64,000 bases of DNA from NCBI RefSeq assembly GCF_006345805.1, contig NC_043003.1:62062001-62126000 (forward strand), given 5' to 3'. Below, piece after piece: positions 1 to 12,590 of the stretch; the first letter of the stretch is position 1, and every line of letters starts with the position of its first letter. A program made the translations under genes and the position numbers. Origin of the DNA: Octopus sinensis (Eukaryota). Under the pieces are notes generated by a model. The model did no database searches. It was not told the DNA's origin and saw nothing but the letters and a program-made list of their open reading frames with translations.

Positions 1-4
1 TGTT

Positions 5-86
5 TATCCTGATGAGGGAGTCATCGCTATGATGCACTTTAGTGTAAATGAACTGCGGTGGTGAGCTCCCAAAATGGCCATAGATA
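5..86 (+). ncRNA. Decayed minimal type-I hammerhead ribozyme (Penelope-type)
   Basis: TATC-CTGATGA-GGGAG...CTCCC-AAAA-TGGCCA-TA-GATA. Stem I is TATC(5-8)/GATA(83-86), core CTGATGA is 9-15, stem II is GGGAG(16-20)/CTCCC(66-70) with an extendable insert, and stem III is the palindrome TGGCCA. The GAAA box reads AAAA. Confidence 0.65.
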
Positions 87-100
87 TATGTGAATGTTGA

Positions 101-258
101 ATTTGACCTGTGATATCTGTTTATTATGAACTTTGGATGTACATGTGTGAAGGGAGTAAAAGACTTTTTTCAAGATGTATGTAAATTTGACCTGTGGAAG
201 TCTGCTTACTTATGAACTTTGGACATACTTGTGTGAGGGAAGTAAAAGACTTTTTCAA
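101..258. repeat. Diverged 84-bp tandem duplication
   Basis: ATTTGACCTGTG...TATGAACTTTGGA...GTGTGA(A)GGGA...GTAAAAGACTTTTT(T)CAA occurs at 101-173 and 185-258. Confidence 0.8.
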
Positions 259-614
259 ATATTAAACAAAATTTTTGTTTTAATCTTTAAAAATATTTTA
301 ATGGTCTGATAAAATCTTTTTAGTTGGTGGACATTTATTTTATTTTAGTTTTATTTTTATCTTTATTTTATATTTGTCCATTAGGCTTTTTGGTAGTTTT
401 GAAATTTTAGTTGTTATATTTAACTTTTGACAAGCCATTCTATTTGTATTTTATTAGAATATATATATTTGTACCTTCTGTGATTTTATGTATATGTATT
501 ATTTTTTTATGTGTTTGTAGACAATGGTGTTTTTTATATATGATTAAATGTTTGACAGGTGGTGGTGTATGTAAAGTCGTTGACCCAAATTTAATGTTCT
601 ATAACCAATGCTTC

Positions 615-648
615 TATATGTGTGTATATATATATTTATGTATGTGTG

Positions 649-693
<45 letters not shown>

Positions 694-734
694 GTGTGTG
701 TGTGTGTGGTATATATATATATATGTATAAATCT

Positions 735-804
<70 letters not shown>

Positions 805-814
805 TCATCATCAT
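615..814. repeat. Compound microsatellite (TA)n/(TG)n/(TC)n/(ATC)n
   Basis: Directly visible; explains ORFs 411..818 and 622..987. Confidence 0.95.
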
Positions 815-1740
815 TTAACGTCCGTTTTCCATGCTGGCATGGGTTGGACAGTTTGATAGGAGCTGACCAGCTGAAGAGGGGTTCAGACTCCATGTTTGTT
901 TTGGCATGGTTTCTCTGGCTGGATGCCCTTTCTAGCACCAACCATTTTACAGACTGTATTGGGTGCTTTTATGCACCACTGGCATGAGTGCATTCTATGT
1001 GGCACCAATACCTACAAGCCCAGAAGATTAGGGATGCTCAGCTGGAGAAGATTACATGGAGTAAGCCTGTATGCAAGAGCAACCACACTTTTACTTAACT
1101 TGATATGTCTTTTCAAGCATGCAGACTACCAGTAGTCTCAGTCCTCTGTCATCCCCTCTGTAAGTCCCAACATCTGTAGATCCTTTCTCACCACTCTGTC
1201 CCACATCTTCCTGGGTCTACCATTTCCACATGTTTCCACATTGATACCTCTTGATGCAACTGTTTTCATTCATACACATTACATGGCCATACTAGGATAA
1301 TCATCTCTGTTGCATGCTACATCTAGTGTTATGTATATCAAGTTTTTCTCTTAAATCACATTCTGTCGTATATACACACTGACGTTACCTATCAAGTAAA
1401 ACCAACTGGCTTTATTTCTTGCAAGTCTTCGCACATCTTCAGTAGTCACAACTCATATCTCACTGCCATATAGCATAGTTGTTCATACACAGGCATCATA
1501 CAATCTGCCTTTTACTCTGAGGGAGAGGCCTTTCATTACTATCAGAAGTAGTAGTACTCTGAACTTCACCCAGCCTATTATTCTAGCAGCTATGCTCTCA
1601 GAGCAATCGCCACCTAAGTAACAGAAACTGTCTACTACTTCTAGGGATTCCTGCTGGCATGTGAGAGAATCTATTTTTTTTATACATTGCTGATGTTTAA
1701 TGTACCTGCACATCTGCCACATGTAAAGTACCACCTAGAG
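803..1740 (-). mobile_element. RTE-clade LINE, 3' fragment (RT C-terminus, 3' UTR, (ATG)n tail)
   Basis: ORF 1483..1734 contains EVVDSFCYLG...IIGWVKFRVLL...KGLSLRVKGRLYDACV, homologous to 49103..49762. The 3' end is the reverse complement of the 50600-50750 tail. Confidence 0.85.
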
Positions 1741-1749
1741 TACCACCTT

Positions 1750-1908
1750 TAGTGAAACAAATTGACCCCAGGACACATTCTTTGTAAGCCTAGTACTTAT
1801 TCTGTCAGTCTATTTTGCCGAACCGCTAAGTTATGAGGATATCAATTCACCAGCATCGGTTGTGAAGCAATGGTAGGGGATAAACACAGACACACAAATA
1901 TATACATA
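1750..1908 (-). mobile_element. tRNA-derived SINE family A, 3' half (split by an RTE insertion)
   Basis: GACCCCAGGAC...CTTTGTAAGCCTAGTACTTATTC...TTTTGCCGAACCGCTAAGTTA matches the SINE copy at 43311-43680. Confidence 0.8.
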
Positions 1909-3186
1909 ATCGAAGGGCCTTAGAGCTAACAAAGTCTTAATACGTAGGAAGGCAGACAAATCACAAATCCCTTCAGGTAGATGGCCCTGCTCGATCTGTA
2001 GAAAAGGCGAAGGTAGAAACTTCATAAGATGCACCAGAGTGTAAGCAATGGACACATAAGAAGTGAAGCAGTATCAGAAGAAGGTTAACAAGGATGATAG
2101 TTTTTGTGTGTGAAGCGTGCACAGGTACAATAAACACCAAAAATGTACAGAAAATAGATTACATCACATGCCAGTAGGGAAAACTGGAAGTAGTTGATAG
2201 TTTCTGTTACCTAAGTGACCAAGTCAGTAGTTGGGGTGGATGCTCTGATAGTGTAGCTGCTAAAATAAGAATAGGCTGGGAAAAGTTCAGAGAGCTCCTA
2301 CTGCTGATGGTAACAAAGGGGTTCTCATTCAGAGTGAAAGGTAGACTGTATGATGCCTGCGAATGAATTGTAAGAAATGTAGCTAGTATGCTCTGCTGGA
2401 TGTGTAATGTCAGTGTGCATTCATGACAGTGTAAGCATCCTGAGAGAAAAGTTGGACACAAAAGCATCAGATGTGATGTGCAAGAGAGACGACAGCACTG
2501 ATATGGTTATGTGATGCATATGGATGAGGACAGCTGTGTGAAGAAGTGTCACACTCTTAACAGTGGAGGGAACTTGTGGGAGAGGTAAACCCTGGAAGAC
2601 ATGAGACGAGGTGGTAAAGCATGATCTTTGAATGTTGGGCCCCACAGAAGCAATGACAAATGACATACCATTGAAGATATGCCATGCTTGCGAAGAGCCG
2701 TCAAACCAAGTGAGATTGTAGTTGTGGCCCATGCCAGTGTCTTGTAACTGGCCCATTCAAAGCAGCTTTCAATCATTTGGTGATATACTGTGCTTGTGAA
2801 GACCTGTCGAACTGAATGAAATCATAGTCATGGCCAATGCCAGTGCCATCTGACTGACACCTGTGCTGTTGGCATGTAAAAAGCACTGTTGGAGCAGTGA
2901 CAAGTGACCAAGACATTTGGCAATACACCCTGCTTGTGTAGAGCTGTCAAGCCATGTGAGACCATATTCATGGCTGACGCTGGTGTCAGATCAATGGCAC
3001 CTGTGCTGATGGCACATAAAAAACACCTACTAAACTCCTGGAATGGTTGGCATTAGGAAGGTCATCCAACCATAGAAATCTTGCCAAATCAAATCAGAAC
3101 CTGGTGCAGCCGCCTGGCTTACCAGTTTTCAGTCAAACCAATCAACCCATGCGAGCAAGGAAAGTGGATGTTAAATGATGAGGATA
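1909..3186 (+). mobile_element. RTE-clade LINE, 5'-truncated, decayed (PHD insert, RT C-terminus, 3' UTR)
   Basis: GGTAGATGGCCCTGCTCGATCTGTAGAAAAG (GRWPCSICRK) and GTAGTTGATAGTTTCTGTTACCTA match the 49100 copy; ends ...GGATGTTAAATGATGAG. Confidence 0.85.
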
Positions 3187-3189
3187 TAT

Positions 3190-3345
3190 ATAATGAGCTT
3201 CTTTCAGTTTCCATCTACTAAATCCACTCACAATACTTTGCTATAGTAGAAGACACTTGCCTAAGCTGCCACACAGTGGGACTGAACCTGGAACCATGTT
3301 GTTGGGAAGTAAGCTTCTTACCACACAGCCACACCTGCACCTATA
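3190..3345 (-). mobile_element. tRNA-derived SINE family A, 5' half
   Basis: CTTCTTTCAGTTTCCATCTACTAAATCCACTCAC...AGAAGACACTTGCC...GTGGGACTGAACCTGGAACCATG (B-box-like GGTTCAGTCCC on the - strand). Confidence 0.8.
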
Positions 3346-3376
3346 TATCCATATATATTTATGTATATATATGTGA

Positions 3377-3415
<39 letters not shown>

Positions 3416-3429
3416 ACTCATACATGTTT

Positions 3430-3655
3430 GTGTGTATTACTAACTCCTTGCCTTGACTCCATGTGATAGTTGTTAACAAATGTCACTGTTACACAATCTT
3501 CTGTGAAAAAGTGTTTGGTCATGGGGAATATTAATTTACTTGGAAGCAGGTGAGGCTTAGACACAGGAAGAGCATCCGTTTGTAGGAAATCTGCCTCAAC
3601 AAAATTCTATCCAACCCAAGGAGCATGGCACATTGGATACTAAAATAATGAATAT
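3430..3655 (+). mobile_element. SINE-like 3' module with RTE-type tail
   Basis: Follows (TG)n; AGGAAGAGCATCC...TCCAACCCAAGGAGCATGG resembles the RTE 3' end AGGAAGGGCATCC...TCCAACCCATGCTAGCATGG. A similar module lies at 26180-26400. Confidence 0.45.
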
Positions 3656-6600
3656 GTGTTGAAAAGCAGAAAGCTAATGGACAGTTCGTTGCAAAATGAC
3701 ATTGTGGGATACTGACTATTGATCACAGGGTTTAAACATTCTCATAGATGTACACACACATACGTACACACACACACACATCACATGCACGATATGTTTT
3801 GTACAGTTTCTACCAATTTGACTAAAAATACTGGTTGACCTGGGTGGCAACAGTAGCAAACATTTCCCTTTGGTACCACCAAGTGCAACTGAACCCAGAA
3901 ACATGTGGTTGTAAAATAAATTTCTTAATCATACTTGTCTGACTCACATGTGATAATATTCACTAGATGTTGCTTTTAATTCACGGAATGTTTAATTTTA
4001 CAAGTTTAACAATAAAAAACTGATTTTTCAAATTTATATTTTGTCCAATATTGAAGGAAAAAAACATGCTGTTAATTTTTTAAAACACAAAAAGTTAATT
4101 TTTCTCATTACAAAGACTGCAAATATTCTCATTCAACCGGGCTGTATTTTATTCTTTTTGTATTTTATTCTTTTAATCTTTTACTGATTTCAGTCACTGA
4201 ACTGTTTTACCAGTTTAATACAAGGTCAAACACAACATTGATCAGTTTTTTTTCATTCATGGAGACAGGGGGAAGTTTGTGAAAGCTAATCTACCTTAAT
4301 GGAGATGCATAAGGGTTATTATACCAAAGCATTATACCCTAACAACTGACAAAATCAATGGTTGCCATGAGAGATTATTCTATCATGCTCTTGTCCCATA
4401 TAAACTACAATTTCTAAATTCAAAATATTTCATTTCCTAAATATGATTGATGTTAATTAGGATGGCAATTCAGGTGTGCACAAAGAAGAGTTTTCAACGC
4501 TTTCTTTCTTTCCAAATGATAATTTTTAAAACTCTGGTGGGCATGGTGTTGATATTAATAAATGCCCCAAAGTCAATGTTTTATCATTTACATTTATTTA
4601 TTTTAAATCACATGTTACGAACAATAGCATCATTGATTACTGGCTTCTGCTGGTCCAAAGATTTTTTGATGGCATGAATGACAAGGAACTTGGCATATTA
4701 ATCCAGAATTCACTCTTGAAGCACAAGTGTTCTCAGTTTTCTCATTTGTTCTCATATCTTTTGGTCAGTATGCACCTGGAGAAAATATGCATGCACACAT
4801 GCACACACACACATGTGCACATGCACACACACACACACACACACACAAACTTTCTGTCAGTTAAATCTTCCTCAGAAGATACTGGATAAATTGAGATTAT
4901 GGCAGAAGTGCTATAGTGCTATAATTTTGGGTCAATCCCAAAATTATGGGATGTGAAATTACAACTACACAGCTATGCTTATACCTGTTTATTCATTTCC
5001 TTTCTTTCTCTTCCTTCTGTTAGCAGGATCACAGCTCCCTTTTACCCCTCTCATATTATCAAGGTTAAAGTTAATTCATGTACAGTTTTAAGCATCAGTT
5101 GAGAATTAAAATTAAACATTTTATTTTCTACATATCTAGAGGGTTCTTTCATCATCTGCAAAAGCTGTTTTGATAAGGCTAACTAACTATTTCACTAAAC
5201 ATTTGCAATAAAATGAGTCTGACAGTATATCATAACTTAGGAAGGAATGAATTCATGCATGTGGGAATAATTTAGATGAACTAGATACAGGTGTTCAAAA
5301 TTAATTAAAACGTATGTAAAAAAGTGCTTCCAAAACTGAGTGACTATAGGAAGCTGATTACTAAAAAGTAAAAGGATTATGTCAACTTTTTTTTTGCTCT
5401 CAGTAAAATAGTAAGATAGAACTTCAAAGTAATAATTTAGAAACTAGATGTAATTCTAAAAATGGATGAAATAAAATATTGATAGCTTCATCCATATAGT
5501 AATAGATACTGTATCTATATACGTACAAAAAAGCAGAAGCCAACTACATAGACTGTTGGAAACAACTTACAGTATATCAGCAATTATTAGCAAGATATTT
5601 TATGACAAATAGCATTAAAAAAGGTAAAAGAAAAATGATTGCACTCTACTTATAGATTCTTCTTAGGTATATACAATACAAAAGTCATAATAAGGATACA
5701 AATAACATGAGACAGAACATGTCAGAAAAAGCAAGCATACAAACATATCCAATAAATTTGAAAAAAAGAATTTCACAGCAATTCAGAAAATGAGAAGTAT
5801 AATTTGTGTACAGCCATATTGCTAAAGGTAGAAACAAACTGGACTGGGATAATGAACAGTTGCACATTACTAAATAGTTATCTGCCACATTGCTTAGCAT
5901 ATCTTCAGAAAGGATATTTTAAGCTAGTGTTACAATATTAATAAAGTAGAAGACATTAAAAAGTAAGCTAGAAAATATTGCGTAACAAAGAAAAAATACA
6001 TTACTAGAAAACTAATACAATTTATATATTTGGAAAATACAGGAGATAACTCCAGAAATGATTCAGATTTACATTATGACCTCATAAGCAAAACATAGTC
6101 TTCAGTATGTTTACCGAAATATTGATGGAAAAAATCACTGAATAAATAAATGTACAAGATGTACATTGGCTAGCATAGGAAAATAGAATTGTTTAGATAA
6201 TAAATAACTTAGTGATGCCATTCACCTGGAAAGCAATAGTTAGTGATAATATATAGAAAACAGGGAGCATAAAAAAATGCTAACTAGAAATAATTATGCA
6301 GTGAAGTAAAAGCAATATTAGTCCATGACTAATATTATTTACATTATTTGGTGACAAACATAATATAACCACTCATTAATTCTCAGACTTTACTTAGGAA
6401 GCTTTCAACAAGAAAAATGCCATATCATATCATAATCATCATACTCATAAGCAGGAACATACGTCATCTTTCTACAATCTTGTAGATAAGAAAAGCACAC
6501 TGCCTATAAAACAATACCAGCAAGAGCACCCAGAGAGTGTAAACTGCCGCCAAGGCAACACCAATGTCTTCTCAATGATTAGCCAGGGATGATTTTTAAA

Positions 6601-6769
6601 AATGAGAATATCTGAAATAAACTTGGCTACTTGATCAATGCATAACTGATCAGCTAAAACTGTGTTAAGAGGAGTTAGCTAACAACTCCACAAACACAAC
6701 CACAGACAGAATTTTCCACATATGTAGTATATATATATGGCTGATGCACTGGAGTAGTAGTGCATGGTA

Positions 6770-7850
6770 AACGGATGTCCTCAGATGCCTAGGAGAATCT
6801 GTTAGAAGTTGTAGATATCTTTTGTTATTTAGGTGACCTAATCAACAGTGGTTGAGGATATTCTGAAAGTATAGAAGCTAGGTAAAGAACAGAATGGAGA
6901 AAGTTCAGGGGTCAGGGGTCTAATACTTTTGTTGGTAACAAAATGTTTCTGTATCAGAGTGAAAGGCAAACTGCATGGTGCTTGTATACAAACTGCAATG
7001 CTAAATGGTAGTGAGATAGTCTTGAATGTGGAAGAACTGTGAGCACTTGAAAGAAATGTTGCAAGTATGCTCCAGTGGATGTGCAATGTCTACATGCATA
7101 ATTGATCAAGTAAAAATGTGTTAAGAGAAAAACTGAGCACCAGAGGAATCAAACAGTGTGCAAGAGCAAAAATTGCTTTGGTTTATGAATGTCATGCATA
7201 TGGACAAGAATAGTTGCCTAAAGAAATACTGATCACTCACTGTTGATCAATCTTGTTGAAAAGGAAAATCAAGGAAGATATGAATTGGCTGATCTAAAAA
7301 TACTGAAACTCCTGGTAAAGATGACGCGGAACTGATGCTTAGTGATATGTACAACTGGAGAAGAGTTGTCTATCTATGCTTGTATATTGTGGCTTAGTTT
7401 CTCAAAGTATAATGAATATGCACATAATTGAGTCCCCTCCCCACTGATCCTATCAACTGTGTCTCTCTCCAGCGTCATTTCCTACTAACATCTATTTTTC
7501 ATTCTTACTATTGACAATCCCCCACCACCTTTGTCACTATGTATTTCTTACTCCCCACAATTCACAATCTCTAACCACACTCCTCAGTACCTATTACCCA
7601 TCCTGTCATCACCCTCTTATTTCTGTATGATTCTGCTGCTCAAAGAAATGAAAGCAATACCTGTTACAATATACCATGTCATATCACCATCACTGTACTT
7701 CTAGTCACCTGTCCCTCATGTCTATACTGCTCTTTATCAGTATTCATCTCTCATTCTTATTGTCTCACACTAATATTGGCTATCTCCACCATATTTACCA
7801 TTCACCACATTCATTCCCTATATATATCTGATCTCCTCCACCCAATGTTT
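6770..7850 (+). mobile_element. Decayed RTE LINE 3' fragment with pyrimidine-rich 3' UTR
   Basis: GAAGTTGTAGATATCTTTTGTTATTTAGGTGACC and AGAGTGAAAGGCAAACTG (RT C-terminal motifs). The downstream C/T-rich stretch resembles the - strand of 29480-30350. Confidence 0.65.
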
Positions 7851-8090
7851 ATGTCATATAAACATATATGGTGCTTTGTTGTGAAACATATGTATATTGA
7901 TTTCTAACTCTAAGTTATTAGTATCGCTATGCCTAAATGAAATAGTAAAATATATAACATATATACCTATATACAAGTACACATACACATGCACATACAC
8001 ATACACACACACACATGCACACAAGTGCATACACATATTGTCTTTCATATGCATATAATAAAAGTGTGTTCAATTATATTTATTTTAAAG

Positions 8091-8190
8091 GGTAAAGGAT
8101 TTCCAGATATTAATACACGTTTGCTTTTGAAAACTTTATGGAATGAACTTCGCATTCCTGTATTTGGCTTAATGGATGCTGATGCTCATG
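8091..8190 (+). CDS. SPO11: Internal coding exon of meiotic recombination protein SPO11 (TOPRIM domain)
   Basis: Translates GKGFPDINTRLLLKTLWNELRIPVFGLMDADAH(G), matching the SPO11/Top6A signature GKGxPDxxTRxxxxxL...D-x-D (human, from memory: GKGVPDLNTRLLVKKLWDTFHVPVFTLVDADPHG). Bounded by TTTTAAAG| and G|GTAAGT; 100 nt, phase 0 to phase 1. Confidence 0.92.
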
Positions 8191-11100
8191 GTAAGTTTAC
8201 TTTTTTGTTTCTAGTTTAAAGATTAGTCTAATGTACGTAAAAGATTTTGAAACTGAATTTACTTTTTTAGGTTAAATGATGTAATTTTTCAAATAAAGCA
8301 AATCTAATATGGAAGAATTTTACAATTTTAATAATGTATATCTTTGCTGCTTTAAAAACTACATTTGTATTTCATATTAATGTAATATTATATTTTTTAA
8401 AGTTGTATATGGTATGTTATTTTGAAATGTTTCAATATGATCTTAATGAATATAATAATGGCAATACTATAGATCTCAGCTAATATATTATGTTTCAATA
8501 CAATTTAAGCATTACTGCAGTGTTATGTTATTCCATTTGTTATTAACATTCATTTCTTTAGTAGTGAAATCTTTCTTATATTTTAATTGAATATATTTTA
8601 AATTATTTGAATGTATGGTAAAGCACATAAATGAATTTGTTAAACAATCTTAATAATAACTCTTATTTGAATAATATCACTAAAATATTGAATAATGTTT
8701 TTTATTTCATTCACCAATATTTCACTGTTTTCTGATAATACTCAAGAACAAGATGTATTAGTTGTATAGATTAGTGTATTTGAAAGTATTGCTCTTTGTC
8801 TACTCATACTTCCACATTGATCTGGAATTTTAGGTGGTTTCAAAATTTTAGGAACCTTTTAACATTGCTTGAAGGTTTCTCATGTAAGAAAGCAGTAACT
8901 CTGAGTAGAAACAGAGTAGATTCTCGAGTCCTAGCATTCAACTTTTCTAGTGCTTGTGTCAAAATAAAATGCACTTAATCCATTCTTTATTATGGTGGGC
9001 AATAGAAAGAGTGTTGAGCTTATACCATGTCCCTGCAAAAAACATGACATATACAATAAAAAAGTTTGAAGGTCTTCTCTGTTGCTGTGTCTGTTAGATG
9101 ATGAAGGCCACAACATGTATTGAAATACCTAAGAGCCATCCACCATATTTCATTATGGAGAAACAGGTATAAATGACAATAAAAACAATTTGTGCAGTGG
9201 GAACTGAGAACCATTCAACCTAATTTGACACCAGTGTAAAACAATAAGATATGCATTTGAGTTTTCTTGTTTTACAGCTCAATCATCGTTTTACTGTTTT
9301 ACAAACCTATCTTTCCAGTGCTGTTGTGAGATTCAAATCAATTTTTGATGTTTTCCTTATTTTAGTCTTCTTTTGTAGCTAAGGAATGATTTTCCATAAT
9401 CCATTTTGAATGATTGAATGATGCAGAAAAGTATTCAAAAGTACTCTTTTCCATGTTTGTAGATATTAATACTGCTTTCTAGTAAACATTCTTAGAATAT
9501 CCTTATTTGCCTTGATTATTAGATAAAGCATATACAGAGTGATTTGTTAGTTTAGTTAACTTCTTGTTATCTATACATTGCTGCAACTTGTAAACATATA
9601 TGGCTACATTTTCTTCATCCACTTTGCTTATATGCACCAATATCAAGCTCTCTATTATTCTGTTAATCCTGATGGTAAAATGTAGTAAAAAAATGTTCAT
9701 ACATCTGTCACATTTTAATCTTTTCTACATAAACAACTTTATATTACATGGAATTCTATTAAGATCTGCAGCTTTAACTGTTTGAAGGTCTTCTTTGTTT
9801 TCTTACTAACTCTTTCATGGTCTTATTTTTGTTTGCTACATGTACCACCACTAGAATATATAATTTATCCTAAAATTGAATTTATTGCATCATTAACTTA
9901 GGTCCAAACAATTGTTAAGAATTGTTTTATTAACATTTTGGTGCCAGAAGTAATGCAGAGGAAAATTTTGTTTGTTTTAATATTTTCATGGCTCATTTCA
10001 TCAATCCATTATTCTTATTTTAAGGCTGGTGAAAGAATTAGACTCCCACTAAAAAAATATTTAGCTACAACAGTATCTAACAGAAGTATTACATTAAGAT
10101 GAACTTTTAAAGAATTTCATCTAATTGCAGTATTTCTGTTACAGCAAAAAAGCTTACTTATTTGGTACACAATAATTCCTAGATGTTGCACAAGCATTTA
10201 TTGACAGCATTTGCAAACTGTTAATGAAGAAAAGTGTATGAATATTATGTTTATTTTGTTTCATTTCACTGATTTTCCTTGCATATCTGCCGACAGAAGT
10301 ATTTGATAAACATATGCTTATTGTTTGTGATGGAAATCTGACTTGATTTTGTTTTCTTATATTTTCTGAAAATACATTTATAAGTTGATAGTTTTACAAG
10401 TTGTCATCAGCAATTTCATGGTTTTAACATTATACAAAGTATAAATGAAATGCATGAATATATTTGATATTCATGACTTTAAATCAATGAATATAAATAA
10501 TTATAAAGACAAGAGATACTATGTTATTGATTTAGCTCATTATTATTATTATTTTATATGGCCTGTAAGCTATTTATCATCTGTGACATATCCATATACA
10601 AGATAAACTATTTTGGTTTTTTTCAAGGAAATATTTTATGCTTTCTATTCTATAGTAAAAATATGCAAGTTTTGCTGATAAATCCAAGTGGTTTGATAAT
10701 AATTGAATCCTTGTTCTTTTGTTCTTGGTTTACTGTTGCAATTTTAACTGAACTACATTATTGTTGTAGCATGTTTTCATGAAGGGTTTTGCATAATATC
10801 CTAATATGATTATTATAAATTGTATGTATGTATGTATAAATTTATATCCATATATATGTATATATGTACAAATTGTGTAACCTCTTAAATTGTTTATTTA
10901 AACATAGTACTTTAAATGCGGAAAATACCTGACTAAATAAAGAATTGTCTCTTGTGATTTATATATTCTTCAGGAAGATACTTAGATCAGAGGGAACATA
11001 ATAAAATAGATATAAATGTAGAGTTGTAAGTGCAGCATATAAGTGTAGCATACTCGCTTATTTTAATATTTGCCTTTACTATTTACAATTAAAGAAAGCT

Positions 11101-11457
11101 GTAAAAGAAACAAAATTTTATCATATTAACCGGAGAACCAGTTTGATAATATCATAAAACAGCACATACCAAGAAAGTGCATCATAAAATCACTTAGGAT
11201 ATCTTACATAATTTCAAAATTCCATTGTCTTCTAAGGTCAGTTTCCAGTTCCATGTGAAAAGCTAAAATAGCTATTTTGAATATTGTATTAGCCTTAACG
11301 GGTTGTATTGTATTGAAATAAAATTTAACCTTGTGATCCTTTCCTATATTATTTTCATTCTGGAAATTTTAATAAATCATAAATCTTAGTAGATGATAAA
11401 ATACAATTAATAGATACAAATGCAATGTTAAAAATAAAAATATAATGAATTTAATAT

Positions 11458-12590
11458 ACACAAGAATACCCTGCATTATGAGAGTAATATATTCCTGCAA
11501 AACTGCCGTAAAGCGAAATTAATTTTTCCATTGATTTTCATGTTATAAAGTGATAATGTTTCTCAATGGTTATTTTTCAGGAAAATAATAAAAACTAAAA
11601 TCCAAATACTATATGTATATATAAGAAGATTTGAAGAGAAATATGTAGGGGAATAAATAAGAATTGTAATATTGTTCTTACTGCAAAAAATGTTGGCTAT
11701 TGTGTGAGGGATGGAATTGCTAGAATGAGAGTTACTGGGAGGATGAAGGGACACTATCTTCCCTCTTATAGTTCATCATCATCAACACCTACTTGAGAAG
11801 TGTAAAACAGCAAAATTAATGTTAATGGCACATTGTCTCTTTACAGAGGTCAGTGTAGAAGCTGAGTTCCTTATAAACTTGTCTTATAACTATTGTTGTA
11901 TTTAGGAATGGTCATTTTGCCAGTTTAGCCAGTAAAAACACACGCACTATATATCTGGTGTTAATTTGCTTCAGCGTTATTTATTTTTTATATTAATCTT
12001 AATCTTATTTCTCTTATAACGTTTATGTTATATTTACAATTTGAGTTATCAGCAAAAGCTAGAAGATATTCTGTGTTCAATTTAAATGGAGTTAGTGGAA
12101 ATTCCATATTCTCCACTGTATATTCAGGTTGCCCTTATTTTAACAATATCAGCTCCTCATTAGATAAACTTTCTCCTCCATGGAACACTAGCAACTCAGC
12201 AACATCATCTTTCATGGCTTCTTGAAATCCTACATCATTTGTATTACAATATCTTTCTGAATTTTGTGTAGGCTTTCTGCTTGTGGAAAAGTTCTAAAGT
12301 CATGGGTACAGACAGTCTATATATTTTTCAACCATCATTCAAAGTTGAAGGTTTCATTCCATACCCTGACTCAGCTATGTTATCCATGGTATCCATAACG
12401 ATGAACTTCTTCGAGAAGTCTCTAACTGTAGGTTTATCCCCCCTGTTGATTGCTTTCATAAGTTATTGAAAGTTCTCAGGTAATATATCTTGTAGTTAAC
12501 TATCCCGCCTGATCCATTGGCTGGAGCAAAGAAGTTGTTTTATTGCAGGTATATTCTCCCATATCTAGAGGTAGCCATAATGCAGGGAAT
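11458..12590 (-). mobile_element. Tigger/pogo DNA transposon relic (DDE_1 transposase C-terminal half, probable 3' TIR)
   Basis: The - strand reads TTSLLQPMDQ (QPMDQ at 12509-12523), then RTFNNL.KAINRGDKPTVRDF...DFRTF...AMKDDVAELLVFHGGESLSNEEL, Tigger-like with stops and frameshifts. A TIR-like sequence CAAGAATACCCTGCATTATG...CCGTAAAGCGAAATT lies at ~11461-11520. Confidence 0.75.

Noticed and set aside
411-987. ORFs of 135 and 121 aa (also 56592-56930, 53698-54527, 60353-60780 and similar)
   Set aside because: Read-through of dinucleotide/tetranucleotide microsatellites or low-complexity AT-rich DNA (YIYI, CVCV, HTHT runs).
5300-6450. A-rich stretch that might be a very old LINE endonuclease region
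   Set aside because: No diagnostic motif recoverable in any frame.
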